From Verrucomicrobiota bacterium (GTDB lineage: Bacteria; Verrucomicrobiota; Verrucomicrobiia; Opitutales; Opitutaceae), in NCBI GenBank assembly GCA_040386765.1, contig JAZKEV010000402.1, positions 24,617 to 88,616 of the forward strand: 64,000 nucleotides of DNA, given 5' to 3'. The notes below the pieces were generated by a model. It ran no database searches. It was given only the letters and a program-made list of their open reading frames with translations, and was not told where the DNA came from. Each line of letters opens with the position of its first letter. Position 1 is the first letter of the stretch. Shown here piece by piece: positions 1 to 9,157 of this stretch. Both the position numbers and the translations under genes were made by a program.

Positions 1-2
1 GC

Positions 3-143
3 AACTATATCGTCTATCTCGGAAACGTGATGCTGCAGGTACAGTTCTACCTGATCCAAGAGGGCGAGGCCGACCGGCTGAAGGCCTTCGAACCGGAGAT
101 GCACCGCATCGTAGACTCGCTGGAGTTTACCAAGAAACCGTAG
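3..143 (+). CDS. Partial CDS (3' end), hypothetical protein
   Basis: Open frame NYIVYLGNVMLQVQFYLIQEGEADRLKAFEPEMHRIVDSLEFTKKP ending TAG at 143; GC3-rich codon usage. Confidence 0.6.
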   Translation, partial: NYIVYLGNVMLQVQFYLIQEGEADRLKAFEPEMHRIVDSLEFTKKP

Positions 144-164
144 GGACGAGCCGGATCGCGCTGT

Positions 165-494
165 CTACAGGCCGAGGCGGGTGCGGGCTTCGGCGAAGGT
201 GAGGCCTTCGATGCGCAGGGTTTTCTGACGCGAGGTGTCGCCACGGAGGACCGTGACCGCGCGGCGGGAAAGACCGAGGGTATCGGCGAGGAATTCGCAG
301 AGGGCATCGTTGGCGCGGCCTTCGACGGGCGGGGCGTGTACTTTTATTTTCAGAGCGTCACCGAGCCAACCGACGACCTCGCTGCGCGGGGCATTGGGGA
401 TGGCCTTGATGGTGAGGATGCAGGAGCGCGGAGCGGCGGGAGCGGCTGGCGTGGGTGTGCCGGACGGAGCGGGCTTGGCTTTGGCGCGACTCAT
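165..494 (-). CDS. DUF167 / YggU family protein
   Basis: IKAIPNAPRSEVVG...LKIKVHAPPVEGRANDAL...LRGDTSRQK motifs. Confidence 0.9.
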   Translation of the reverse strand: MSRAKAKPAPSGTPTPAAPAAPRSCILTIKAIPNAPRSEVVGWLGDALKIKVHAPPVEGRANDALCEFLADTLGLSRRAVTVLRGDTSRQKTLRIEGLTFAEARTRLGL

Positions 495-572
495 CGACGG
501 AGACGGGGTGGCGAGCGGAGCTTCCGCGGTGAGCGAAAATGCGAGAGGGCGGGTTGGAAGCCCGCCCTAGTT

Positions 573-2078
573 TTACTCCAGCGCTTCGGCGAGGGCGGCG
601 ATGATTTCCCCGGCGGGCTCGATGCCGCAGCAGAGACGGAGGAGGTCCGGGTCGAGCTTGCTGGCGGCGAGCTCGGCGATGCCAGCGGGTGTCGTGACGA
701 GATCGTAGTGTGCGAGGTACATGAAGGCGCAGATGAGCGTGGTCTTCATGCCGAAGCTCGGGCCCTTGGGGAGGCGGAGCTTGTTGTAGAACGGCTCCAT
801 TTCGCCGCGGAGCGTGAAGGTGATCATGCCACCCGTGGCGTCGGGCGCGCGGGCGAGGCGGAGGTAGTTTTCGCGGGAGTCGGCTTGGAGCGCCCAGTAC
901 ACGCGGCGGACCTTGGGGTGGGCTTCGAGGAAGGCGACGACCTTGGCCGTGTTGGCATGGATCTGGGCGAGGACGGTTTCCGTTTCGCCGATCTGGGCGG
1001 CGAGGCGGGCCAGATCGCGGGCGTAAACGGGCTCGAGTTGCGCGGCGGTGCGGCGGCGGAGCTCGGCGGCATCGGGGCCGGCGGGGTTGATCGCGACGAG
1101 GCCACCGGTGAGATCGCCTTCGCTGCCGGTGTATTTGGTGAGACTGGAAACCACGGTGTCGGCGTGGGGCAGGACATCGACGTTGTAGATCGAGGCGACG
1201 GAGGGGTCGACGATGAGGTGCGCGCCGTGCTGGCGGCAGAGCGCGCCGAGCGCGGGGAGGTCGGGTGTCTGGATGAGGGGATTGGTGGGCAGCTCCGCGA
1301 TGATGCCGGCGATCTTGCTGCCGTGCTTGGTGAAGAGGCGTTCGATGCCCTCGCGATCGAGCGGATCGCGGATATAGACGTAGTCGGAGACGGGGGTGGC
1401 CGTGAATTTTTGGAGGATCGCGATGGTATCGAGGTACAGCCAGCCGAGCTGGAGCCAGACGGTGCGGCCGCGCGCGGCCTGAATCTCGGCGGAGGCGCGG
1501 AAGGCGGCGTAGATGGCATTCATCCCGCACGGCGCGAGCAGAAGGTCGGCATCGGCGGCGGTGGGCAGGGCGCGTCGGAGCGAGCGGCGTACTTCGGCGG
1601 CGGCATCGCCGGGGAAACTCTGCTCGGCGTAGGGCGCGGTGGTGAGCCCGAGACGGACGAGGTGATCCTCGGCTTCGCGCGAGGAGAGGAAGCCGCCGAT
1701 GTTTTGGAGGAAGACCTTGGCGCGCGGATACAGGTCGGGCGAGGTGGGGTGCGAGACGCCGAAGAGGCCCTCGTGCGCAAAAACATCCGCGCCGGAGAAG
1801 GCGCCAAGATGCTCCGCGAGCGCTCCGGCCATGCTGCGGGAGGTGACGAGCCAGAGGGTGCGGCCGGCGAGCGCGGGCAGCGTGGCGGTGAAGTGCGCGA
1901 CGAGTTGGCGTGCGAAGGGGTGCACCACGAAGCGCGGGTAGCCCGAGGTGAGCTGGCGCATCGTCTCGGGGTCTTTTTCCTCGTAGCCGCGCACATCGCG
2001 CATGGTCGGCAGACTGCACGAGACGGCGTGCGGGCTGGACGGGATGCGTTGGCCGAGAGGAAGATGAGGAAACGTCAT
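573..2078 (-). CDS. PLP-dependent transferase, cystathionine gamma-synthase-like (long form)
   Basis: ELPTNPLIQTPDL, IVDPSV, SLTKYTGSEGDLTGG (PLP lysine), GPSFG, LLRLCCGIE. Confidence 0.85.
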   Translation of the reverse strand: MTFPHLPLGQRIPSSPHAVSCSLPTMRDVRGYEEKDPETMRQLTSGYPRFVVHPFARQLVAHFTATLPALAGRTLWLVTSRSMAGALAEHLGAFSGADVFAHEGLFGVSHPTSPDLYPRAKVFLQNIGGFLSSREAEDHLVRLGLTTAPYAEQSFPGDAAAEVRRSLRRALPTAADADLLLAPCGMNAIYAAFRASAEIQAARGRTVWLQLGWLYLDTIAILQKFTATPVSDYVYIRDPLDREGIERLFTKHGSKIAGIIAELPTNPLIQTPDLPALGALCRQHGAHLIVDPSVASIYNVDVLPHADTVVSSLTKYTGSEGDLTGGLVAINPAGPDAAELRRRTAAQLEPVYARDLARLAAQIGETETVLAQIHANTAKVVAFLEAHPKVRRVYWALQADSRENYLRLARAPDATGGMITFTLRGEMEPFYNKLRLPKGPSFGMKTTLICAFMYLAHYDLVTTPAGIAELAASKLDPDLLRLCCGIEPAGEIIAALAEALE

Positions 2079-2096
2079 GGCTAAGGGCGGAAGCGG

Positions 2097-2131
2097 AGAG
2101 CTTAGAGTGTAGAGCTAAGAGCTGAGAGCCG
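2097..2131. repeat. Intergenic heptamer tandem repeat (AGAGCTN-like, 5 copies)
   Basis: agagctt agagtgt agagcta agagctg agagccg. Confidence 0.7.
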
Positions 2132-2245
2132 GAGGGCGGGGGAGGCAATGGGAAGGTGTGTCCTGTGCGTCATGAGAAGGTAGAGGGATCGGGAAGTCTT
2201 CCTTTGTTATTGTCGTGGCTCGGCCTTGGGCGAAGTTTGCGGGCG

Positions 2246-3004
2246 ATGAAACTGGTTTCCTGGAACGTCAACGGCGTGCGGGCGGCGCACAAGAAGGGGT
2301 TGCTCGACTTCATGACAGGCGCGAAGGCGGACGTGATTTGCCTCCAAGAGGCCAAGGCGCATCCGGGTGACGTGCAGCACATTGTGTGGCCGCAGGGTTA
2401 CGAAGTGTTCTGGAACCCGGCGGTGAAGAAGGGCTATAGCGGCACGGTGATCTTCACGCGCGTGAAGCCGAAGGGCGTGACGCTCGGCATCGGCATGAAG
2501 GGCCACGACGACGAGGGCCGCGTCATCACGATGGAATTCGACGACTTTTACCTGCTCAACGTCTACCAGCCGAACTCGCAGCGCGGGCTGACGCGGCTGA
2601 AGTATCGCACGGAGGAGTGGGACCCGGCGTTTCTCGGCTACATCAAGAAGCTGGAGAAAAAAAAGCCCGTGATCTTCTGCGGCGACCTGAACGTGGCGCA
2701 CACCGAGATCGACCTGACGAATCCGAAGACGAACCGGCGTAACGCGGGCTTTACCGAGGAAGAGCGCACGAATTTCACGAAAGTGCTCGAGACTGGTTTT
2801 TTGGATACGTTTCGCGAATTCGAGAAAGGTCCCGGCCACTACTCGTGGTGGAGCCAGATGATGAACTGCCGCGCGCGGAACATCGGGTGGCGCGTCGATT
2901 ATTTTGTCGCGAGCGCCAAGCTGCAGAAGAGCCTCAAGCGCGCGTGGATCTCGCCCGAGGTGATGGGCAGCGATCATTGCCCGGTGGGGCTGGAGATCAG
3001 CTGA
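2246..3004 (+). CDS. xth: Exodeoxyribonuclease III
   Basis: MKLVSWNVNG, CLQEAK, EGRVI, CGDLNVAH, GWRVDY, GSDHCP; start moved to ATG 2246. Confidence 0.95.
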   Translation: MKLVSWNVNGVRAAHKKGLLDFMTGAKADVICLQEAKAHPGDVQHIVWPQGYEVFWNPAVKKGYSGTVIFTRVKPKGVTLGIGMKGHDDEGRVITMEFDDFYLLNVYQPNSQRGLTRLKYRTEEWDPAFLGYIKKLEKKKPVIFCGDLNVAHTEIDLTNPKTNRRNAGFTEEERTNFTKVLETGFLDTFREFEKGPGHYSWWSQMMNCRARNIGWRVDYFVASAKLQKSLKRAWISPEVMGSDHCPVGLEIS

Positions 3005-3023
3005 GCACGTTTTCGCGCCTTTT

Positions 3024-3995
3024 ATGAAACGTCTTTTGCTGGGGATCCTGCTCGCAGTCGCTCCCGGGTTGCAGGCGGCGGAATTCACGCCGGTCGCGCA
3101 GCGCTTCAGCTTTGTGGCGATGGGCTGCATGCCGTATTTGGAAAGCAACTACGCAGCCTACGAGCGGCTCCTGGCGGAGATCAACCGGCAGAAGCCGGCC
3201 TTTGCGGTGCATCTTGGCGATATCAAGGCCGGCGCGGCCAAGCCCACCGACGAGGGGCTGGTGCAGGTGAGGAAGTGGTTCGACTCGGTGGAGTGTCCGC
3301 TGATGTACACGCCAGGCGACAACGAGTGGACGGACGTGCATCGCACGGGCGACAATCCGCTGGTGTGGCTGGGGAAGGTGCGCGAATTGTTTTTCAAGGA
3401 AGAGCGCAGCCTCGGCAAGGTCCCCATGAAGCTCGTGACGCAGCGGCGGGATTGGGCTCACGAGAAATTTGTCGAGAACGCGCGGTGGTCCGTGGGCGGA
3501 GTGGTGTTTGCGACCGTGCACGTGGTCGGCAGCAACAACAACCGCGACGAGGCGAAGCCGGAGGCGTTGCAGGAATTTCGCGAACGCGATGAGGCGAACC
3601 GGGCGTGGGTGACCGCGACGTTTGCCGAGGCGAAAGCGAAGAACGCGCCGGGAGTGGCGCTGTTTTTCCAGGCGCTGCCTTTTTCCGCGGGAAACAGGCC
3701 GGTGCCGACGGGCTTTGTGGAGTTTCTCGATACGATCGAGCGGGAGGCGCTGGCCTTTGCGAAGCCGGTGCTGCTCGTCCATGCGGACGAGCATCGGTAT
3801 CGGAATGATCGCGCGATGAAGTTCCGCCCCGACGGCGAGCCGGTGGCCAATGTGTCGCGGCTCGAGACCTTTGGCGCCCACGACATCCATGGCGTGCTGG
3901 TGGTGGTCGATCCGGCATCGACACAGGTCTTCCTGAGCGGGCCTTTGTGGGTGGCCGGAAATGCGCTGCCGGGGTTGCCGCCGGCGAAGAAGTGA
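3024..3995 (+). CDS. Secreted calcineurin-like metallophosphoesterase
   Basis: Signal peptide; HLGDIK, TPGDNEWTD, HVVGSNN, HADEH motifs. Confidence 0.75.
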   Translation: MKRLLLGILLAVAPGLQAAEFTPVAQRFSFVAMGCMPYLESNYAAYERLLAEINRQKPAFAVHLGDIKAGAAKPTDEGLVQVRKWFDSVECPLMYTPGDNEWTDVHRTGDNPLVWLGKVRELFFKEERSLGKVPMKLVTQRRDWAHEKFVENARWSVGGVVFATVHVVGSNNNRDEAKPEALQEFRERDEANRAWVTATFAEAKAKNAPGVALFFQALPFSAGNRPVPTGFVEFLDTIEREALAFAKPVLLVHADEHRYRNDRAMKFRPDGEPVANVSRLETFGAHDIHGVLVVVDPASTQVFLSGPLWVAGNALPGLPPAKK

Positions 3996-4000
3996 GCGCG

Positions 4001-4585
4001 ATGAATGCCTCCGCGGAACTGAAGACACTGCTTCTCGCGGAGCCCAAACTCCTGCTGGCGGCGGCGGAGAGTCTGACGTGCGGGCGAGTGCAGGCGCGGG
4101 TGGGCGAGACGCCGGGAGCCTCGAATTATTTTTGCGGAGGCATCACGGTTTACTCGCTCGACCAGAAGGTGCAGCATCTCGGCGTGGATCGAGCTGCGGC
4201 GAAAAAAGTAAACTGCGTCTCGGTCGAAGTGGCGGAGCAGATGGCGCGGGGCGTGTGTGCGTTGTTCGGAAGCGATCTCGGCATCGCAACGACAGGGTAC
4301 GCGCAGGCCTCGCCTGCGGACGGGGTGGCGGAGCCGTATGCGTGGTGGGCGATCGCGCACATCCGACGCGGACGCGGGACCGCAAAGAGCCGCTTGATCG
4401 CGCTGCGGAGCGGCCGGGTGGAGTGCCCTGGCGCGACGCGGGTCGATGCGCAGGCATTCGTGGCCGATGCGGCGCTCGCGGAGCTGATCGAATATTTGCG
4501 GGAAGTCCGGGGCGCGGGACGTGAGCGTCGAGGCGTGGGACGTGTGACCACTTCCAAACCTAGGAAGTCCAAAGCTAGGAAGTGA
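4001..4585 (+). CDS. CinA C-terminal domain protein (NMN deamidase PncC-like)
   Basis: AAAESLTCG, PGASNYF, VS.EVAEQMARG, GIATTGYA; ATG 4001. Confidence 0.85.
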   Translation: MNASAELKTLLLAEPKLLLAAAESLTCGRVQARVGETPGASNYFCGGITVYSLDQKVQHLGVDRAAAKKVNCVSVEVAEQMARGVCALFGSDLGIATTGYAQASPADGVAEPYAWWAIAHIRRGRGTAKSRLIALRSGRVECPGATRVDAQAFVADAALAELIEYLREVRGAGRERRGVGRVTTSKPRKSKARK

Positions 4586-4666
4586 ACAGGAAGATCGGGA
4601 AGGGCGGGAAGACAGAGGCCCGGAAGACGGAGATTTTCATCCCGGCCTGCCCGATCTTCCTGTTCA
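4553..4666. repeat. 15-bp tandem duplication followed by a 17-bp perfect inverted repeat element
   Basis: TCCAAA(C/G)CTAGGAAG x2 (4553-4582); TGAACAGGAAGATCGGG (4583-4599) and its reverse complement (4650-4666). Confidence 0.8.
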
Positions 4667-4683
4667 ATCGGATCGAGCCGTTT

Positions 4684-4757
4684 TGCAGCGGCCTATGACA
4701 GCCGATTGTGTTCGCAGACGTTATCCCGGTCGTCGGCGGTCATAGACCGCCGCTACA
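4684..4757. repeat. GTAG-type REP doublet (REPIN-like)
   Basis: Minus strand TGTAGCGGCGGTCTATGACCGCCG (4734-4757) with internal palindrome; degenerate inverted copy tgcagcggcctatgacagccga at 4684-4705. Confidence 0.7.
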
Positions 4758-4772
4758 GTACGATCCCTGACC

Positions 4773-5453
4773 TTACGGCGCGAGGCGCTGGACCAGATTC
4801 ATCAGCGGCACGACTTCCTTCGGGGGCGTGACCCAGTCGCTGTAGAGCAGCTCTGGCATCGTATCGCGGGTGTTGTAGAGGAGGAAATTGGCCTGGTCGT
4901 TGCGGGAGACGTGGCCGGCTTTGACGGTGGCGCCGGCGAAGAGGCCGACGGCCTTGGTGTAGGCGAGGATGGGGGCCTTCAGGAGCTCCTCGTTGTTGTT
5001 CTCGACTTCGGCGGCCTTGGGGCCGGCGACGGCCTTGGCGTCGACGCCGATGTTCATGCGGTTCTTGAAGAGCATGCGCGGGATGGCATCGTCGGTAATG
5101 ATGAAGACGCTTTCGACGGACTTGGCGCCCAGCTGGAAGCCGAGGCTGGCTTCGCCGGCATTCACGAGGACGGGGATGCTCCAGCGGCCGGTGGACTGCT
5201 TCACCATGAGAATGCCGTAGCCATCCTGGACCCCGATGAGGATGCCGGCCTTGAACTGGTTGGTGATGAGGAGGGCCTTGGCTTTTTTCCAGGCGTCGGG
5301 GGAGATGCCGCCGGAGACCGAGCGGGTATGGAACTCCTGGAGAATCGCTTCGCACGACTCGACGCGCGCGACTAGATCCTCGCGCGACGGGGCGGCGCGG
5401 CCGAGGGCGGCAGCGAAGAGCGCTAGGACGGAGACCAGGAGGAGTTTCTTCAT
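4773..5453 (-). CDS. Lipid-binding SYLF (Ysc84) domain protein, secreted
   Basis: Signal peptide MKKLLLV; KAGILIG..GYG, GEASLGFQLG, AVAGP, GLFAGA. Confidence 0.85.
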   Translation of the reverse strand: MKKLLLVSVLALFAAALGRAAPSREDLVARVESCEAILQEFHTRSVSGGISPDAWKKAKALLITNQFKAGILIGVQDGYGILMVKQSTGRWSIPVLVNAGEASLGFQLGAKSVESVFIITDDAIPRMLFKNRMNIGVDAKAVAGPKAAEVENNNEELLKAPILAYTKAVGLFAGATVKAGHVSRNDQANFLLYNTRDTMPELLYSDWVTPPKEVVPLMNLVQRLAP

Positions 5454-5637
5454 GGCAGATGCGAAAAACTGAATTGATCGAGAGTTAGGCAGGCGCCGCT
5501 GCGCTTGGAAAGCGTGGATTCTGCGGATGACCTGACTGCGGCGGACACAGGGCGGCGGCCAAGGTTCCAATCGGAGGCGGTTTGTGTTGGGCAGGATGAA
5601 ACCTACCCGGCGAGATCCGGCATATGGGAATGAAGTA

Positions 5638-6024
5638 TTACTCCAAGCCTCGCGCTGCCAGCTCGTCTTCGTCCCACCCGAAGTAGTGGCCTAACTCGTG
5701 GAGGTAGGTGATGCGGACCTCTTCACGGAAGATCTCGGGATCGTTTTCGGCGAAGTCCCAGAGATTGTCTAAAAAGAGGATGATCCGGGGCGATTCGGGC
5801 ATTTCGCCGGAGAATTCGGTGCCATATGGGCTACCGGTGAAGAAGCCCAGGATGTCGGCTGGGAAGCCTTGCGCGATGACATCGGCGCCGGGCAGGCGCT
5901 CGTAGAGCACGGGGACGCCGCGGGCGAGGAGGCGAAGATCGGGTGGGAGCCGGCGTTGCGCGCCGCCGACGGTATCGGCGGCGATTTGCGCGATGCGCGC
6001 GGAGTCGGGCGGGGCGTCGGCCAT
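5638..6024 (-). CDS. Zincin-like metallopeptidase family protein
   Basis: ILGFFTG, IILFLDNL, EVRITYLHELGHYFGWDEDEL; start ATG 6024. Confidence 0.85.
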   Translation of the reverse strand: MADAPPDSARIAQIAADTVGGAQRRLPPDLRLLARGVPVLYERLPGADVIAQGFPADILGFFTGSPYGTEFSGEMPESPRIILFLDNLWDFAENDPEIFREEVRITYLHELGHYFGWDEDELAARGLE

Positions 6025-6034
6025 GGAAAGCGGT

Positions 6035-7804
6035 TCAGGAGCGGAGCTCGGCGGAGAGATCGAGCTTTTCGAAGCGCCGGCCGAGAAGCCAGATGCCCAG
6101 GACAAACTCAGCGATGAGGATGACCAGGGCCGAACTGGCGGCAACCAGCACCGCGAAAATGGGGCCAAGGAAAAGCTGCACGATGGCGGCGAGCGCTGCG
6201 GCAAAGGCGGCGGCGGGCGCGAGGGCGAAGAAGAAGATCATGCGCTGGCCGATGATCTCGGGGCCGCCGCCGCGCGCGCGGCTGGTGTGAAACCAGCCGG
6301 GGAAGAGCAGTGCCGCGGCGTTGGGGACGAGGAGCTGCAGGGCGGCGAGGGGCGGGATGAGTGCGGCGATGCCGAGGCCCAGAGCGACGCGGAACCCCGG
6401 CGTGAACCAGGCGACCTGCTGCGCATCGGGCCGGAACGCGAGGGCGACCGTCAGGAGCGCGAGCCAGAGGATGCCCGTGAGGATCGCGATGGGTGTGAGC
6501 AACTGGCCGAGGATGATCTGCCAGCCGGCGAGCGGGTAGGTTTTGAGGATATCGGCATTGGCGAGGTCGCTGCGGATATCCTGCCGCGCGAATTGCGGAC
6601 CGACGACGAGGATGTAAACCGCGAAGATCGCGACGATGAGCGCAAGGCCGGAGAGGGCGGGCGCGAGGTCCGGCTGCGTGCGGAGCCACAGGCCGCCCGC
6701 GAGGATGACACCGGCGCTGCCGAGCCAGATGCGCCAGGTGAAGTACGGCCACGCCGAGAGCAGATTTTTCCAGAGGAACGCCACCTCGGGGAGGCCGGTG
6801 GAGGCGAGATCGAAGGGGGCACGGCGGGGCTTTGTACCCGAAGATCCGATACGCCGCTGCCCGGAGCGCCACGCGGCGATGCGCTCGCCGCGCTTCTGCG
6901 CGTGCTCCACGGACGCATCCTCGAAGGCGACGGCGGAATTCACCACCCAGAGATAGTGCAGCACGATCACGGCGGCCGCGGGCCCGACCGCCCAAAGGAA
7001 GCTGGAAGTGTCGGCTGCGAGAAAGGGGCCGAGCACGAGCTCGAAGGGCCAGAGCAGCCACGCGAGCGGGGCGGTTTGGGCGAGCGAGAGAATCTCGGCG
7101 GCGAGCGCGCCCAGATCGGCGCTGCGCGTGGGGAGCGCTGGGCCGGCATCGGCCGGCAGGCGCAGCACCGTGGCCGAGACGAGCGCGGAGAGGAGCAGGA
7201 TCACGAGCAGTCGGCGGCGCCAGAGACTCACACCCACATCGGCGAGACGCGTGAGCGTGAAGCGCGCGCCGTTGAGATGGAGATTGAGCGCGGAGAAGAC
7301 GAACCACCAGCCGATGGCGTGCGTGAGGGCATTGCCGCCGAGGAAGGTCCAGCGGTTGGAAAAGAGCATCATGATCGCGGCGCCCGCGAGGCTGCGAAAC
7401 TGTGAGCTGAGCAGCCGGAAGTGCACGAGGCCGCGGCGCGTGATCGGCGCGGGAAAGAGAAACGCGATCTCCGCTTCGCTGAAGCCGAGGGAGGCGCGCT
7501 CGGTCGGCACGATCCACATGCACACGATGAAAAACAGCAGCGCGCACGCGCCCAGCGCGGTGGTGATTGGCAGCCAGTCGGCGGGCAGCATCACGCCCGC
7601 GGCAGCGGCGACCTCGAGCGCGTGCTTCGGACTGCGGGCCCCGGAGGGCGGCGGCGCATCGAAGCTGCGGAAAAAGAAAAAATAGAAGTACGCGCAGCCG
7701 ACAATGGCGCTGAGGAGATACTTGGGCTGACGCAGCCGGCGGACGCGGGAAAGCAGCCAGTTCTGGAACGACGTCAGCCGGAGGTAGAGAAGCGCGCCGA
7801 GCAT
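6035..7804 (-). CDS. Putative ABC exporter permease
   Basis: Many TM segments; FSEAEIAFLFPAPITRR motif; adjacent ATPase gene. Confidence 0.85.
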   Translation of the reverse strand: MLGALLYLRLTSFQNWLLSRVRRLRQPKYLLSAIVGCAYFYFFFFRSFDAPPPSGARSPKHALEVAAAAGVMLPADWLPITTALGACALLFFIVCMWIVPTERASLGFSEAEIAFLFPAPITRRGLVHFRLLSSQFRSLAGAAIMMLFSNRWTFLGGNALTHAIGWWFVFSALNLHLNGARFTLTRLADVGVSLWRRRLLVILLLSALVSATVLRLPADAGPALPTRSADLGALAAEILSLAQTAPLAWLLWPFELVLGPFLAADTSSFLWAVGPAAAVIVLHYLWVVNSAVAFEDASVEHAQKRGERIAAWRSGQRRIGSSGTKPRRAPFDLASTGLPEVAFLWKNLLSAWPYFTWRIWLGSAGVILAGGLWLRTQPDLAPALSGLALIVAIFAVYILVVGPQFARQDIRSDLANADILKTYPLAGWQIILGQLLTPIAILTGILWLALLTVALAFRPDAQQVAWFTPGFRVALGLGIAALIPPLAALQLLVPNAAALLFPGWFHTSRARGGGPEIIGQRMIFFFALAPAAAFAAALAAIVQLFLGPIFAVLVAASSALVILIAEFVLGIWLLGRRFEKLDLSAELRS

Positions 7805-7812
7805 CGTAGCGC

Positions 7813-8544
7813 TCAGTTTTCCGTTCCGCCCGTAGCGCGGATGAAAATCTCTTCGAGGCTCACGGTGGCTTCGCCCTGGCTGAAGCGGGCGGCGACTTCG
7901 GGGATCGTGCCATCGGCGATCTTCTCGCCCTTCTTCAAGATAAGGACGTGCGAGCAGACCTCCTCGAGGAGGTGGAGCAGGTGCGACGAGAGCACGATGG
8001 TGGCGCCGTCGCGCGCGCGCTTGAGGATGGAATTTTTCATCCGGCGGATGCCGAGTGGATCGAGGCCGGTGAGCGGCTCGTCGAAGAACATCACCTGCGG
8101 CGAGTGCAGGAGGCCGCAGGCGATGGCGAGTTTCTGCTTCATGCCGCGCGAGAGTTCGCCGGGCAGCTGATCGGCTTTGTCGGCGATCTCGAACTCCGCC
8201 AAGAGCGGGTCAGAAATCGCAGTATAATTGCGAACGCCATAGATTCGGGCGACGAAGGCAAGGTGCTGGCGTACGGTAAGGTATTCGAAGAGCCGGGGTT
8301 CGTCGGGGAAGAACGCAAGGGCGCGCTTGGCGGCGATCGGAGCGGCGGCGATATCGTGACTGGCAATGCGAATTGTGCCGGACGTGGCGGGGATAATGCC
8401 GGCGAGGCAGCGCAACGTGCTGGTCTTGCCCGCGCCGTTGGGACCGACGAGGCCGAGGACTTCGCCCGGGCGCACGACGAGCGACAGATCGCGAACTGCG
8501 GTGAAATCGCCGTAGCGTTTAGAGAGGGCCTCGACCTCGATCAT
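7813..8544 (-). CDS. ABC transporter ATP-binding protein
   Basis: Walker A GPNGAGKT, signature LSRGMKQK, Walker B FFDEP, SSH. Confidence 0.95.
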   Translation of the reverse strand: MIEVEALSKRYGDFTAVRDLSLVVRPGEVLGLVGPNGAGKTSTLRCLAGIIPATSGTIRIASHDIAAAPIAAKRALAFFPDEPRLFEYLTVRQHLAFVARIYGVRNYTAISDPLLAEFEIADKADQLPGELSRGMKQKLAIACGLLHSPQVMFFDEPLTGLDPLGIRRMKNSILKRARDGATIVLSSHLLHLLEEVCSHVLILKKGEKIADGTIPEVAARFSQGEATVSLEEIFIRATGGTEN

Positions 8545-8554
8545 TGGGCGGCGA

Positions 8555-8583
8555 CGCTGCGCGGGGGAGGGGGGCGTCGCAAG
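8555..8583 (-). promoter_or_regulatory. Possible sigma-70-type promoter for the ABC exporter operon
   Basis: Minus strand TTGCGA-N17-CAGCGT about 10 nt before the ATG. Confidence 0.35.
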
Positions 8584-8691
8584 CTCGCGAAAATTTTTGC
8601 GTAACTGTTTTCAAGCTGGTCCGTCTTGCCCGGTAACCAGCAAGTGCAGGTTTTGCTAGTCCCCCAGTACCCAGTCCCAGTAACCCCCCCC

Positions 8692-9081
8692 ATGAAACTT
8701 CGAAAATTTATCATTACCGCGATCGCCGCAGCCGCGATTGCGTCGACTGCAACGCTCCAAGCCCAAGATGAGAAGAAGGGTGGCAAAGGCGGCGGTATGC
8801 CGACAGCGGAGCAGCGCATCGAACGCCTCGAGACTGCCGTGGGTTCGCTCACTGCGGAGCAGAAGAAAAAGATTTTGGATATCTACGCGAAGCTCTCCGA
8901 GAAGGTCGCCGCGATGCCGCAGGAAGAGCGCCGTGCGAAGATGATGGAAGTTTTTGCCGCTTCGCAGAAGGAAGTACGCGCCGTGCTCACGCCTGAACAG
9001 GCGAAGAAGTTCGACGACATGCCGCAGATGGGCCGTGGCGGCTCGGGCGGCGGTGGCGAGCGCAAGAAGAAAGATCAGTAA
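8692..9081 (+). CDS. Small secreted helical protein, Spy/CpxP-like
   Basis: Signal peptide; LTAEQKKKI...VLTPEQAKKF (LTxxQ motifs); Gly-rich ends. Confidence 0.7.
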   Translation: MKLRKFIITAIAAAAIASTATLQAQDEKKGGKGGGMPTAEQRIERLETAVGSLTAEQKKKILDIYAKLSEKVAAMPQEERRAKMMEVFAASQKEVRAVLTPEQAKKFDDMPQMGRGGSGGGGERKKKDQ

Positions 9082-9120
9082 AGCGCTGCACTAAACAATT
9101 GTCAGGGGTTGGTGTTACTA

Positions 9121-9157
9121 GCCGCCGCGGATCGCAGCCCGCGGCGGCATTTTTTTG
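9121..9157 (+). terminator. Rho-independent terminator
   Basis: GCCGCCGCGG-loop-CCGCGGCGGC followed by a T run. Confidence 0.85.

Noticed and set aside
336-2148. Long alternative ORFs (582 aa plus, 596 aa minus) over the PLP enzyme, and similar shadow ORFs elsewhere (5993-7405, 11237-13678, 19870-21408, 25184-26617, 52459-53871)
   Set aside because: Stop-poor frames expected in high-GC DNA; no motifs; they overlap well-supported genes
8661-8690. CCCAGT triple repeat before the Spy-like gene
   Set aside because: Too short; C-rich 5' leaders also precede other genes in this window
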